From Lama guanicoe (taxonomy: Eukaryota), in the NCBI GenBank assembly GCA_013239625.1, contig MU054212.1, positions 3,162,001 to 3,226,000 on the forward strand: 64,000 nucleotides of DNA. Reading direction: 5' to 3'. Both the position numbers and the translations under genes were made by a program. Below are positions 26,680 through 39,276 of this stretch, one piece after another (the stretch's first letter is position 1; each line of letters opens with the position of its first letter). The notes beneath the pieces are model-generated. The model was given only the letters and a program-made list of their open reading frames with translations. It had not been told where the DNA came from and did no database searches.

Positions 26680-27486
26680 TTTTTTTTTTTCCTTTAACAC
26701 CTCAAACAATTAACTGAATTCTCCACAGATACTGACTGGGTAGCCCACAAATTTAACTCAATTCTGACACTATTTACCCAGAGATAGAGTCAAATCCCAC
26801 AGGTTAAAGGCTCAGTCCTAGAAGCCTGCACCCCCCACTCCAGCCCCATCATGCACATGGACACACACACACCACACTTCACGGATGCCAGCTGTGAGTC
26901 CAGCTTGTCACCTGGGTACCAGCTATTGACCAGAGGTCCTCACGACTCCTTTTTTGGGTTTGTTTAATTTACTAGAGTAGCACTTACAGAACTCAAAGAA
27001 AGATTTTGCTTACTACATCATCAGTTTACTACAGAAGCATGTAACTCAGGAACAGCCTGATGAAGAGATGCACTGGACAAGGTATGGGGAAGGCGGACAG
27101 AGCATCCATGCCCTCTCTGGGGGACCGTTATCCCTAAACCTCCACTCCTTCACCAACCCCATCCTTCTGGGGGTTTATGGAAGCTCTATGACATAGGCAC
27201 GACTGATTAAATCATTGGCCATTGAACTCAATCACCAGGCCCTCTCCCCTCCCCTTGGAGTTCAGGGGTGGGACTGAAAGTTCCAAACCCTCTAATCACA
27301 TGGCTGGTTCTCCTGGCAACCAGACAACCTGAAGTGAGAGTCCAAAAGTCACCTCATTAAGACAACAAAGGACACCTTTATGACTCTCATCACTTAGGAA
27401 ATTCTAAAAGCTTTAGCAGCTCTGTGCCAGAAACTGGGGACCAAGACTGAATATATATATTTCTTATTATAAATCATAATATTGCA
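26680..27486 (-). mobile_element. MER21-like ERVL LTR
   Basis: caattctgacactatttacccagagatagagtcaaatcccacaggttaaaggctcagtcc; ttactagagtagcacttacagaactca; gggactgaaagttccaaaccctctaatca; ends ataatattgca. Confidence 0.85.
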
Positions 27487-27609
27487 AAGGCAAATTACAA
27501 GTTCTAGGAGAAGAAACTTAGGCTGATTTCCTTATTTATAAACTGAAGCTTTCCAAAGTTTGGGACTTTTCGAAAGACATCAACCACAGATTTTAGTAAT
27601 GGGCAAGGG

Positions 27610-27810
27610 TAAGGGTTAAGCAGTCAGACTGTCTGCTGGAAATTCAGTTTCTCTACTCTCTGTCTGAGCGGCCTTGGGCAAATAACAACCTCTTTGAGTT
27701 TCCTCATCTGTAACTAAGTATAACAAATATATTACAGAATCTTTTTTCTTTTTTTTTTTTTGGTAATTCAACGAGTTAACATAAAGGGCTTGGCACAATA
27801 CCTGGCATCA
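27610..27810 (+). mobile_element. MIR SINE
   Basis: ccttgggcaaataacaacctctttgagtttcctcatctgtaa...gagttaacataaagggcttggcacaatacctggca. Confidence 0.8.
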
Positions 27811-28385
27811 GGAATGACTGGTATCACAGGATGCTCCAGCTAAGGACAATAAAGTCAGATTGTTTAAAACCCAGACGGAAGCTATTTTTGAATGTGGTTA
27901 AGAAAAATAACAGCAAATTTGAAGATGGCAAAGTGTCCTGTTCTGGAATGGCCAAGCAGTATGGAGGAAAACTAGGGATCATGTGTATTTTCAGTGCCCC
28001 ACAAAAGTTGAGTCAAATTTAAATGATTAACAAATAGCCAAGAACTTTAGCTTAGCCAATCAATAAAAATGAAAATGCCAATTTTTACCTTAAGGCATTA
28101 ATGCACAGGCATTCATCCCAAGTCCTGCTCTTGGCCCCAGACGGTCACAAGGAGACAAAGGAGAAAGAACCCTGCAGCTTTTGGTCCAGAGAAGTGGCGG
28201 GGCTGGGGGGGGGGGAGGGAGCAGCTGCCACAAAGGCAGAGGGACTTCCCTCAAGAACTGTGGGGGCGGGGCCCCCCTGGAGAACTAATTCTGGTTCTCC
28301 TGCAAAACACGCTATGAGAAGGAGAATGTGCACAATTTCCTGTTTACCTCTTGATGCTTCTCAGGGTGAATCACAACATGGCACC

Positions 28386-28812
28386 TGTCAAAGACTCTCT
28401 TCTTGATCAAACTTTACCCAGGTTCCTCTAACCTTGACCTTGACCTTGACCCTGGTCCAGTCTTCTGCCAGCCTAGCCCAGTCTCAGCAAGAATCCTCCT
28501 GGGAGTAGGAGTCCCTGACTCTTGCTCTGTGATCAACTTCCTCACCCCCCACCTTTGACGTGTAAGTCCTTGGCCTGCCTTTAGCAAGAATCCTGTTAGG
28601 TCAGTTTAGCAAGACGACTCCTACCTTTAATGTCTCCTCTTCGTAACTGTCCATCCACTGACCCCTCACTCTGCTCCCTGGCCATCAGTTTCTGCTTGTC
28701 CTTGTCTTTTAGCCCACGTCTCTCCACTATCACACACCCCTATTGCACCAGTCCTGAATAAAGTCTTCTGGACCATTTTAACAAGTGTTGGAATTCCTTT
28801 TTGCCTTTAACA
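28386..28812 (+). mobile_element. MER31-like ERV1 solo LTR, intact ends
   Basis: TGTCAAAGA...TTTAACA flanked by a 4-bp TSD cacc (28382-28385, 28813-28816); repeated tagcaagaatcct; AATAAA near 28758. Confidence 0.88.
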
Positions 28813-31800
28813 CACCTAGTATTTTATCATTAAATTCATTTTTCTTTCCTTTACAACCATTACACTGTCTAAAAATGACTGTGTTTCATTAATTCCTTAA
28901 GTTTGCAAATCCCAGGGACTCACAACTTCTAATAATTCCTGGTGATGGCTTAAAGCCTTAGTGTACAATCAGGGCAACTGTAAGCGACACAATCAGTCAA
29001 TGGCAGCCACTAGATGTCACAGTGTCATTCACAGTAGGAGCCACAGTCTTAGGAAAAGTTAAGATCCCCCCCACCCGCACTTTGGAAGTGGCAAGGAAGG
29101 CTAGCTTCGTTTTTAAAGATCAAATACAGATTTTTGAAATGGAGTTCCCTTTTTCTTTCAAATTCAAGCCAAGATTTTTTTTTTTTAACACTGAATTGGG
29201 ACAGCTGGGTTTTTTAGGGACGTTTTAGAGTGCCAGAAACGACAGACAGGATATGTGGATGTTTTTTCAGGGACCTCTTTCCCATACATCAGCACTTACC
29301 CACTGAAGGCTAGAACGCGCTGAAAGGATTGCTAATGTGCTGTAATTGCGAGGCAGCCTCCCGGCTCTTTGGACATGATGTGAGCAGACCTCCGGAGAGG
29401 TTGTTTGGATGTTGCAGATTACGGTTCAAGGCAGGGAAACAGTGAAGGCTGTGCCTTCTTCAGCGTCCCTCTGTAGGACCAGGGGGGTCACGCTGCAGTG
29501 CAGCATGTGGGTGGCCTGTGGTTCAGGCAGCAGGGACCAGATGTAAACAGGCAGTGTGACACCGTGTGACACCATTTTCCCCAGAAATCAACCTACCAGA
29601 CATTTTCCTGTGCAATACCCACAGGAAAGGATAGGCCTGTGACTTTTATGCTTTTATTTCATCTCCCTTACTTTTTGGTGTAGTTTTTTGGCATTTGGGA
29701 GAACGTTGTCATTTGTTTGCCTGTTTTACATTTCGGGGGTTCTGACCACCGCTCCCCGCCCAGGGTAGGGGGACAGGAGGGAGGGGAGTGGGGAGCGTGG
29801 TAGGGCGGCATAGAGAGTTGTTATAAAACCAATTCTGTGGTCGGACTCTTTTAACACTGAGGAAAAGGTAGAAATTACAAAGCTGAACCCAATCTCTATG
29901 GTTGTATCATATTAATTTCTTCTTTATTCACGTACTTATTTATTTGACAACATTAAAATTAATTAGGGGGAAATCATTTAACATTCATTCAAATCATAAT
30001 TGATTCCTAGCTTCTTGCTTTTCATGAAGAAAGATTTTTGGGTTTTAAATGCTCACCACTTTATTACTTAGCAGGAAAATGTGTTGCTTATTCTGTTTCA
30101 CAATGGTGACAGAATAATTTTCTTTTGGTTTTTTTTTCCCCTTTCATTTGGAAAATGTATTTCTCTGATTAAATTTGGTTGTTCCCATAAAAGCAATAAT
30201 TTGAGTAAGTAACTGAAACTCATGAATCCCTAAACCATTTTATATCTGAACTGTTACATGATTTTAAAAAAATTTTAAATTTCCCATTCTTCTTTTATTC
30301 CTTAAAAAAACAGAGAGCAAAAGCCTTTAGAGTTTTCCAGTAAAGATAAATAATTCTGATTCTGCTCGGGTGCTTTACTGAGCGCTGCATCACTATAATT
30401 CTCCTTACGTTTAAACACACCCAACTGTCATATATAAGAATTTAAGGTGCTCATTTATCTCCCCTGACTGTCTTGCCCATTCCATCCTTCTCTGTGAACC
30501 AGGTTAAGGTCCATAATACTTTGGTAGTTTCAATCACCAATTTCAATCTTATACAAGCAGAAAATCCTTTCTCCTTGACTTCGATTAAATTCATTACTTA
30601 CAGAGGATGTTCTTTTTCTTCTGTTAGAGACTATTTGTATCAACAGCATGATGCTGGTTCCAGGCTCCGGTAACTTGATAGGTTATGTTTCTTTCTGCAC
30701 CAGCCTTGACTCTGAGAAAGGTCCATTTCATCATGGATCTTTACGGCTTATATCCCAAGACCAAAGAGCATCACAAAGAAATTATAAGCCTAACACCCAG
30801 CAGATTTATCATCAGCATTATCATTTTGAAGCAATTTAAAGTAGATAGTAGGATAAAGAAAATAAATATATTATTAGGAAGTCCAGTGCTCAGTGTAAGA
30901 AAAAAGAAATGAGAAAGGCAGAGGAGTTCTAAATTTCAATGGAAAACATATGAAAGCATCACTGAGAAAAAAACAAACATTTTAGCAGCAATGAGCACAC
31001 TGAACACCCAGATCTTGTTTCTACGCTCTACTTTCAACTTTTCCGTAAGTTTGAAAACTTCCATAACTCATAGTCAGGGGAAGAAAGAAGGCAATTGAAT
31101 TCAGTGCTAAGTATGTAAGAGGTAGAGATAAGACCTGGTTAACAAGTTTATTTTTTGACCAGTGGTAAGAACAGTTTCTAAAGAATGGCGGGGGCTGAGG
31201 CCAAATGGCGGTGATCTCGGAGGTGAGAAAAGGGAAGCAGGAAGGACGGGCCTCGCATATGAGAAATGGGAATGAAATGAAAGGCAAAGGATTGAGTTAG
31301 TGCAGAAATATTAATAGAACCCAAAGGACTCACAGACGGCTCTGGCTGAGGCCAAGGAGCTGGAGGAGGAGGACACCGGAGGCAGCACTGGGAACTCTGA
31401 GCAGTGGGGGAGCGGGCAATACGTCCAAGGTGCAGGCGTGGCTTTGAACTGGAGGAGGGACGCACACGCTCCGATGCTGAAGGCAAGGAATATGGAGAGC
31501 ATAGAGTTTGTAGGAAAGTGAGAAATGGAGAGAGTGCACTCCTGTGGCTTCCATTTCCTGCCAACATCTGAAGCAAGGCAGCCTGCAAAAAATGCGAAGA
31601 GTGAGGATGTAAAGATGGCAGTGAGGGATTAGAATCACCGTGAATGGGAACCAGGACATTAAGATAGTGGGTGATGTAAAGACCTTCCTCATGTTGGAGG
31701 ACATGATTTCAAAGTGGCACTTGTCAGCACCACTGTGGGATGTGCTCCATCTTTCTAGCAGGTGATGTGAAAATAGAGGGTGCAAGGGTGCCACGGTCCT

Positions 31801-32709
31801 GAAGAAGGGGAGCTCTGATGATGGACATGAAGGCTCCGAACAGATTAGGAAGGAAGAGGGGCTCAGGACAGAAACAAATGCAGAGAATGGCTGAATAAAA
31901 GGTCCAGAGAGATCTATGAGGCCAAAGAACAGTTAGGTGGGCAAGAAGCACCCTGTGAGGAACAACAGCAAGACGCAGTCAGAGATCTGAGTGTCTGACT
32001 TTTGAAGTAGAGCAATTACAGGTCAAGATCAGCTTGTGGCCTTGGGAGCTTGTGGCTGAAGCTGAGCAGTGATTAACTTCATGGTTGCTGTGAAGTTTCC
32101 CAGAACCACGAGCTTTAGAGTTAGATGAGCAGAGCCTTTGTTCCAGTTTCCACCAGAAGTTTGAAAGGGCTTCTGTCCATGAGGCGTCCAATTCTGGTCA
32201 CTGCCATTTATAAAAGTTTGCCATACTCCAGTGAATGGTTTTGCTTAATTTATTTTTATCCAAGTAAGAGGATTAGGAAAGAGTCAAAGCTGAGGCATGA
32301 ATTCCCCTTCTAGGATTCAGTCTAAGGAAGTCCTCAGGGCAGTGTACAAAACTGCGTCAGCGTGTATGCTCCAGGCTGGGCAGGGACAAGCTTGAGGACG
32401 ACTTAAGAGAACCTCAGCAAGAGCTGGCTAAAGAAGTTCTGGAAAAAACCTTTCAGCTGGACTCTTTGTAGCCAGTCAAAAATGATCAAATGGATCTATT
32501 TAGTGAGATATGGATATATCTAATGAAAAAAGTGAGCTACAAAACGGTATTTATATCATGAATGTATGTTTGTTAAAATGGATATATTTTTATGAAAAAC
32601 ATTATGAATCCCTGGGTGATGGATTTATGGATCCATTTTTCAGTTTGTTTCTCTGTACCTTTGAATTTTCTATAGTGAGTTCCTTGTTTAATAAAAATGT
32701 TTGAATTTC

Positions 32710-33144
32710 TTCTTCAGTGAAGACACACAAATGGCCAACAGGCACGGGAAAACATGCTCAATATCACTAATTATCAGAGAAATGCAAATCAAAACTACAA
32801 TGAGGTATCACTTCACGTTAGTCAGAATGACCATTGTTAAAAAGTCCACAACTTATAAATGCTGGAGAGGCTGTGGAGAAAAGGGAACCCTCCCACACTG
32901 TTGGTGAGAATGTAATTTGGTGCAGCCATTATGGAAAACAGTATGGAACATCCTTCAAAAACTAAAAATAGACTTACCACTTGATCTAGCAATCCAACTT
33001 CTGGCCATGTATCCAAAGTAAACTCTAATTCAAAAAATTACATGCACCCCAATGTGCACAGCAGCACTATTTACAAGAGCCAAGACATGGAAGCAACCTA
33101 AATGTCCATCGACAGATGACTGGATAAAGAAGTTGTGGTATGTG

Positions 33145-33186
<42 letters not shown>

Positions 33187-33637
33187 GGACTACTACTCAG
33201 CTGTAGAAAAGAATGAAATAATGCCATTTGCAGCAACATAGTTGGACCTAGAGATTATCACACTAAGTGAAGTTAAGTCAGAAAAAAGTCAAATATCATA
33301 TGATACCACTTGTATGTGGAATCTAAAAAAAATGACACAAATGAACTTATTTACAAAACAGAAACAGATTCACGGACTAGAAAACAAACTTCTGGTTAAC
33401 AAAGAAGGAAGGGGGGGGATAAATTAGGAGTTCTGGACTTGCAGATACAAGCTACTATATATAAAATAGATAAACAACAGGGTCCTATTATACAGCAGAG
33501 GGAGCTATATTCAATACCTTGTCCTAACCTATAATGGAAAAGAACATGAAAAAGAATATATATATATGTATAACTGAATCACTATGCTGCACTCAGACAC
33601 TAAGACAACATTGTAAATCAACTGTACTTCAATAAAA
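32710..33637 (+). mobile_element. LINE-1 3' portion (ORF2 C-terminus + 3'UTR) with (CA)n
   Basis: ORF 32701-32907 reads [43 protein letters not shown], the L1 ORF2 Cys-rich domain. Flanks aaaatgtttgaatttc / aaaacggctgaatttc look like a TSD. Confidence 0.96.
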
Positions 33638-34885
33638 CGGCTGAATTTCAAATAAATTGAAAATGAACCATAAACAGCTTAAAACATGACTGTGTTAAAA
33701 ACTTTATTGTCGTATTACTACTAAGTCAATGTTTATTTTTTGTGAAAAATTTAGACAATATAGATAAAAGAAGTAAACAATTATAACTTAGGATCCTACC
33801 ACCTGTAGATAAGACCTGTTAACATTCGTCGTGCAGTTTTCCAGATATTTCATTTTTATTCTTTCAAAAATGATATCATCTAAGACATACCTTAAAAACA
33901 TTTTGTTCACTTAAGTAATATATTATGAATAATCCTGGCTTGATGTTAAACATTTTCAATCTGCATCATTCTGAACGACTATTATTATTATTTTTTTAAT
34001 ATACTAAAGTTCCTTTAATCCCTCTCTTGAGATATCGAAGTTATTTTACTGTTTTTTTGGGGGGGGAGGGAACCCTTCTAATGCAGCACTGTGAGGGGTG
34101 TTCATATGAACATATCTTTAAGCTCATCCGTAGCTCTTCCCCAGCACAGATTCCTAGATGATCGATTATAGTTTTACGAAATGTCTTAACACTAATACTA
34201 AGAATCTTCCTATAAGCCTATTTCTCAGCCCTGCTGTCAACTCTGAATTTTAAAAATGGTAACAATTTTTTAGGAAACATGCTGCTTAAGCAATCCCATT
34301 GTTTTGACTTTGTTTCATGTCTTTCTTTCAGAGGATGAACACTTTTATATGCTTAAAGGGCACTGATATTTCTTCTTCTCATTTCTCTGACTCCCTTTTC
34401 TAATAGAGCATTTCTCTTATTAATATTAATTTTTGCCTATCGTATTTTCTGTGCATATTTTCCCTAATTTATCCTTTGCTTTACTTGTTTGCAGTGGGAA
34501 GGTGATAAAAAGAGAAGGTGATGGCTGCAATGGCTCGTATTTAGGGAGCCCTTACATGATACCAGTACCATGCCAGGGGCGTCACGTGCAAGGTCCACAC
34601 TCTTACTGCGAGAAGCCTCCTGGTATCTCCAGTTGTGCAGATGATGAAGACGGGAGCTGACCGAAGTTAATGTGGTTCAGATCACAGAGCTGGGAATGGG
34701 TGAGCCCAACCTCCCGACTTCAGAGCCCACCACCCTTCCTTTCCTGGTTCCTGCCTTTAGTGTAGTGCTTGGAAAGACACACCGCTGTGTAGCTATTAAA
34801 AACAGTAAGGTCAAATCTGTATATGGTGACGTAGAACAATGTCTGCACTGTGTCCTCAGAACACAGCATATAATTAACGTGCTTT

Positions 34886-35044
34886 AACAACAAGTTCCGA
34901 CTGTATAGCACAGGGAACTACATTCAGTAACTTGTAATAACCTATAATGAAAAAGAGTATATACATGCACGTACAACTGAATCACCGTGCTGTACACCAG
35001 AAACAAACACACACTGTAAATCAACTAGACGTCAGCGAATAAAA
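34886..35044 (+). mobile_element. LINE-1 3' terminal fragment
   Basis: aacaacaagttccgactgtatagcacagggaactac...gctgtacaccagaaac...tgtaaatcaact...aataaaa. Confidence 0.9.
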
Positions 35045-35955
35045 GGTACATGTATTTATATACAGATAAGGAAGTCAGAGGACATACACTTGAACACTTT
35101 GCTATAGGTGAAGGCTTGGTGGGATGGGGTGATATTCAGTTTTATTTTAGACACATTTGGGGTTTTTTTAAGCTTTTTATTAGAAACGTACTTGGTTGCT
35201 CTAAAGAGAACGGTATTTCTGCTGGGTAAGAAGGCGCGGCCGAGGCTTTAATCTGCCTTTTCTTTTCTGCACATTGGGACAAGCATGCATCCCTTCATCC
35301 ATTCATCTGTTCAACAATCAAGGTAACTTGCCTGAAAGTCTACTTGGCGCTGATCTTGGACCGGATATGGTAAAATCAAAAATGAGAGGATATGATCTGT
35401 CCCTTGCCACAGTCTAGCTGGGAGACAAACACAGGACAATTCCGGTGTCCTGGTCACAGGAATACGGCAGAGGACAGTAAGAACAGTGGGAATGGAGGCC
35501 CACTGGCCTGGGGGCGTCAGGAAAAACTTCTTGAAAGAGGAAGCATTGAAACGGAGATGTACGTACAGAACTCGCCCCTTCCTGGCTCCGCCTGCCTCTC
35601 CAGCCTGGGTGGCGACAATCTCCTGTCAGCATCCTCGGGTTAGCACTTCATCTCCTGTCGCCTGCTCCCACCTCTCCCCCGCATGTTGGAGGCAGTTCCT
35701 TTCTAAATAGCCGCTTTCTAACTTACCTCAACCTGAGTGAGACCTCAGTTTCCTTTGGGACGTTTACTGATACATATGATACATAGTGGCTTTGGCCTGG
35801 GGCAGGTGCAGCCCAGCCGGGCGGTGACAGGGCTGAAGGCTGGCAGCCTTGGGGGTGGCTGGCATCTCACCTGGGTGCTGGGGTCAAGGCCTCTGCAGCA
35901 AAATCCTGTACAGGAGTCCGATGTAACAAGGAGAAAACTGGTGGGTGGCAGGTGG

Positions 35956-35957
<2 letters not shown>

Positions 35958-36000
<43 letters not shown>
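35958..36000. repeat. (GT)n microsatellite, about 21 units
   Basis: Perfect GT run. Confidence 0.99.
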
Positions 36001-36001
<1 letters not shown>

Positions 36002-36040
36002 CAAACTCTGAAGACTTCTAGAAACCGTGATTCAGATGGG

Positions 36041-39000
36041 ATGGAGCCGGAGAAACGTGAGTGGTCTTCTAATGGTAAGACTGTTTGTTTTAAACTCCAG
36101 GGCTGATGCTTTTAGAGAAACACTCATCACTTAGATGAGTAAATCAAGACTTCAAAAAGCTGACTCGCTCACTCATTCATTCAGCAAAGACCGAGGGCAC
36201 GCTGAGTACCAGGCACTTGGCTGAGGATGAAGACTGAACACCGTGAACCCAAGCCCCTTCCGTGATGGAGCCGGACTGGAACCCAAGCCGGTCTCCCCGC
36301 TACACACAGTGCGCCTGCTCCTTTCTCGTGCTGCCTCCTTTTTTAAGTATCTGGCAAAGTCTCACTTTGCCAAAACGCTCCTTCAAAAAGACCCAGCCCC
36401 CTGCCACTTCTGGGGGCCCCAGAGACCACGGAGCTACGTCTGCATCTTGTCCGCACACTTGCAGTTAGGCCCGGCAGCACCTCCAGGCTCCTAGACTCTG
36501 CAGGCTGGTAACGCAGGCTGGGAAGTCATTACCGGGACTGGTCGTAAAAGCTACTGCGTGTGCTTATTACTGAGCCGTTGGGTCTATTTTTAAGAACACA
36601 GAGAAGGAAAAGATTAGCTGCCTACAAGCTCCCCCAGCTGTTCAAATGGAAAAATTTCACAGAGCCCTAGGGTGCTCGGCGGCACTGATTCAGGCTTGTA
36701 TTTTTAAAGCGCGCTTAAAAAGTAAGTGAAACAACTCTTTGTGTGTCTCCTCTTATGGAAACCCCTGTTACAACTTAAAGAACATCCTGTAGCCCCAGAG
36801 TGTGATGATCAGGGACCTGGGGTCCACACCAACCCCTCTATTTACCGGCTGTGTGACCTCGGACAATTTACCTAGCATCTCTGAACCTTGCTTTCTTTTT
36901 CCAACTGCAATTATCAGAATAATACCTATCTCATGAGGTTTTCCTGAGGACTGAATGACGTAACACATGTCTCATAATTAGCACAGTGTCTGGCACGTAG
37001 TAAATGCTTAATAAATGGAGCCACTATTATTACGAGCATTACCTCTTTACTTACTACAACGCTAGGGAGGGAAGGGGGAAAGGAATTTTAGGTAAATTTA
37101 CAGAGAAAAATCATCAACTACATTAACATAAGAAAGGAGGAGTAGAACTGAGATTTCTGTTCCCCCTTAACAGGGACACTGGGGATTGAACCCAGGACCT
37201 CGTGCATGCCAGGCACACACTCTACAGCTGAGCTATCCCCTCCATCCTCCTGGACTGAGATCTTGATGCAGCTAACACAGGTTTGACATTTACCAAAGTT
37301 GTAAAGCTTTATAAAACCTGGAGACCAAATCTAAATCCGTATCGTGTACTTTATACCATTGCTCACATTTAATTCCTCCACTAAGAAATCAGCACAATTA
37401 TCTACGGATATACTCAGAGGCAGCTCTTTTCTTGTATGTTTCAGCTAATCCTCCCAACAACATCTTGTTACATACACTGCACACTGGTTCTCAAGCACCC
37501 ATCTGGTTACTGGACTGATGCTTCCGTAAGGACAGCCCACCTCTGCTGTGGTCTGTGTGCGCCTGTCCCCGACAGCGGGCCGGGAAGTCGGCATCTCAGC
37601 AAAGGACTATTACCCTCAAGCAAGTGCAGGAAGGGTGAGGGGAGAAGGCACTTTTTTTTTTTTTAACCTCCAGAAACAAGTATGATCATTTTAGACTTCA
37701 AATTTCTTTTTCCCATTTCGTGCATGTTACTTATAGCTGTTGTTTTATTTTTCTTGATGCATTTGCAGTAAGCAAGAGACTCAAAGCCAGCCCCAGAGGG
37801 CAGTGAATGGAAACCCTAGTGTTCCTTCCGGCAGGGCTTCTCGGTGCACGGTGAAGAGGAAACAGCGCCGTCAGGATGCTGAGCCCTCAGCCCCCAGGTC
37901 TCTGGGTCCTTTGCCCCCGCCCCTCCAGCAGCCCTGTCTGCTCACCCAAGTGCATGTCTGTTCTACCCCAGGACCACCGTTACCAGGTGTGCAGTGATGG
38001 AAAAAAGATGGAAAGTCCTGCCTTGGAGAAGGGGAAGCTTTGAGCAGGGCCCTTTCAAAACCAGGCCAAGGGAATTGTTCAGGGTTGACCCTGTATCTCC
38101 CAGCACAGCACAAGGAGGCAGCACAAAGCAACCACCACCATGGGAAAGAGATGATACAACCAACAAATGTGCAGGAAGAGGCAAGGGACGGGGAGTCCCT
38201 TTTCCTAGTGGTCAGAGGAAAGGCCAGGCCAAGATGGTGGGCGCTCAGTCTAGGGAAGGAGAAACCCATCTCTTGTTTCATGTTCAGAACAGTGATCTGT
38301 TGCTTCCCTCCATTACCTGCAGTTGTCCAAAGCCAATACCTTCTTGGGAAGCCTATTAAAACAATGTAAAACATATTACAGGGACTCCCTCCCAGTTAAC
38401 AGCCCTGGCCAGGCATCACGTGGGTTTAGAATTTTCGCTGCGGCTGGACTGTAACTTCCAGGTAAGTGTCACCTGATGGGTGCATCACAGTCTGAAGCTG
38501 CGTTGTGCCACTTGCCACGTGTTTCACAAAAATACTTCCCTGGAGTAAGACATACTGATGCCCAGGGAGTGTTATTGCCACTTGCAAGAGCAGTCTGTTT
38601 TGGCGAGAGGGCCATCAACTTATAATTACGTGAAGATATGTGTGTGGAACCATGAGTGAGCTGATGACATGATCTCTGTTTACTCCAGTGATGTTCCGTG
38701 CTTTTTATAGACCGGCATTCCGGGGCAGCGGGCCACCTGGCTTGCCCTTTAATTTGACCTTGGCTTGTAGCGTGGGCTTTGGCATCCACAGGCCTGAGTT
38801 CAAGTTCAAGCACTTCCATTCATCAGCTGTGCAACCTTGGATAAGTTATTTAACATCTCTAGGCCACAGGCTGCAAACCAGAGAGAGATGGATAATAAGA
38901 GAACTGATTTCATGATGTGGTTGTGAAGGCTAATGGATAAAGCAGACCACGTGCCTGGGAAAGTTTAAAATGGGCTCCCTCTTCTCTTTAGTCCTGTGAC

Positions 39001-39213
39001 AACAGAAATGGTAACAAACTCTTCTATCAGTACCAGCAGATGGTGAATACATATGTGGGGATCGGAGGGTCTTGTGACCAAGTGGCAGGCCTCACAAGGG
39101 ACCCACGAAGGAGACATCTCTCACTCAGAAAAATAAATGATATTGAACAAGTGGTCATTGAGGAAAAATGGAATCCTGACTCTATCACCCAAATAGATGA
39201 CACTGGCAATTAA
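36041..39213 (+). CDS. Candidate five-exon protein-coding gene, uncharacterised protein of about 178-184 aa
   Basis: Exons 36041-36074 (or -36056), 36348-36507, 37576-37634, 38382(or 38403)-38461 and 38992-39213 join through GT-AG introns into one stop-free frame: MEPEKREWSSNVSGKVSLCQNAPSKRPSPLPLLGAPETTELRLHLVRTLAVRPGSTSRLLDSAGCGPGSRHLSKGLLPSSKCRKGTPSQLTALARHHVGLEFSLRLDCNFQSCDNRNGNKLFYQYQQMVNTYVGIGGSCDQVAGLTRDPRRRHLSLRKINDIEQVVIEEKWNPDSITQIDDTGN*. Kozak gggATGg; AATAAA at 39277-39282. Confidence 0.55.
36810..37030 (+). mobile_element. MIR SINE (intronic to the candidate gene)
   Basis: gctgtgtgacctcggacaatttacctagcatctctgaacc...tacctatctcatgagg...gcacagtgtctggcacgtagtaaatgcttaataaatg. Confidence 0.85.
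37165..37250 (-). mobile_element. Vic-1-type tRNA-derived SINE
   Basis: actggggattgaacccaggacctcgtgcatgccaggcacacactctacagctgagctatcccc; actgagat on both flanks. Confidence 0.88.
38790..38960 (+). mobile_element. MIR SINE fragment
   Basis: cctgagttcaagt...cagctgtgcaaccttggataagttatttaacatctct...ggttgtgaagg. Confidence 0.7.
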
Positions 39214-39276
39214 AAGAGAACAGACATGTATGGTCTTATCTTGGTCTGTATGCCTAACATTACATGGCTTAGCAAA

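Larger units (their letters stand above)
6292..30711 (-). pseudogene. Putative decayed multi-exon gene or spliced lncRNA; identity unknown
   Basis: Non-repeat segments bounded by pyrimidine tract+AG and GT (one GC) donors on the - strand: 30711-30602, 23016-22960, 21687-21598, 20943-20883, 18310-18229, 16944-16898, 16455-16418, 14934-14871, 14742-?, 10378-10324, 8327-8299, 7057-6985, 6458-~6292. Several are open in only one frame, but every joined reading I tried contains TAA/TAG stops. Confidence 0.5.

Noticed and set aside
37769..37802. Extra plus-strand exon candidate with a strong acceptor inside the candidate gene
   Set aside because: Including it shifts the frame or introduces TGA, so it was left out of the model.
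39125..39202. Minus-strand exon-like segment (ttttaattgccAG|...ga|GTGAGA)
   Set aside because: It is antisense to the better-supported plus-strand terminal exon, whose purine richness creates the pyrimidine tract. It cannot be fully excluded.
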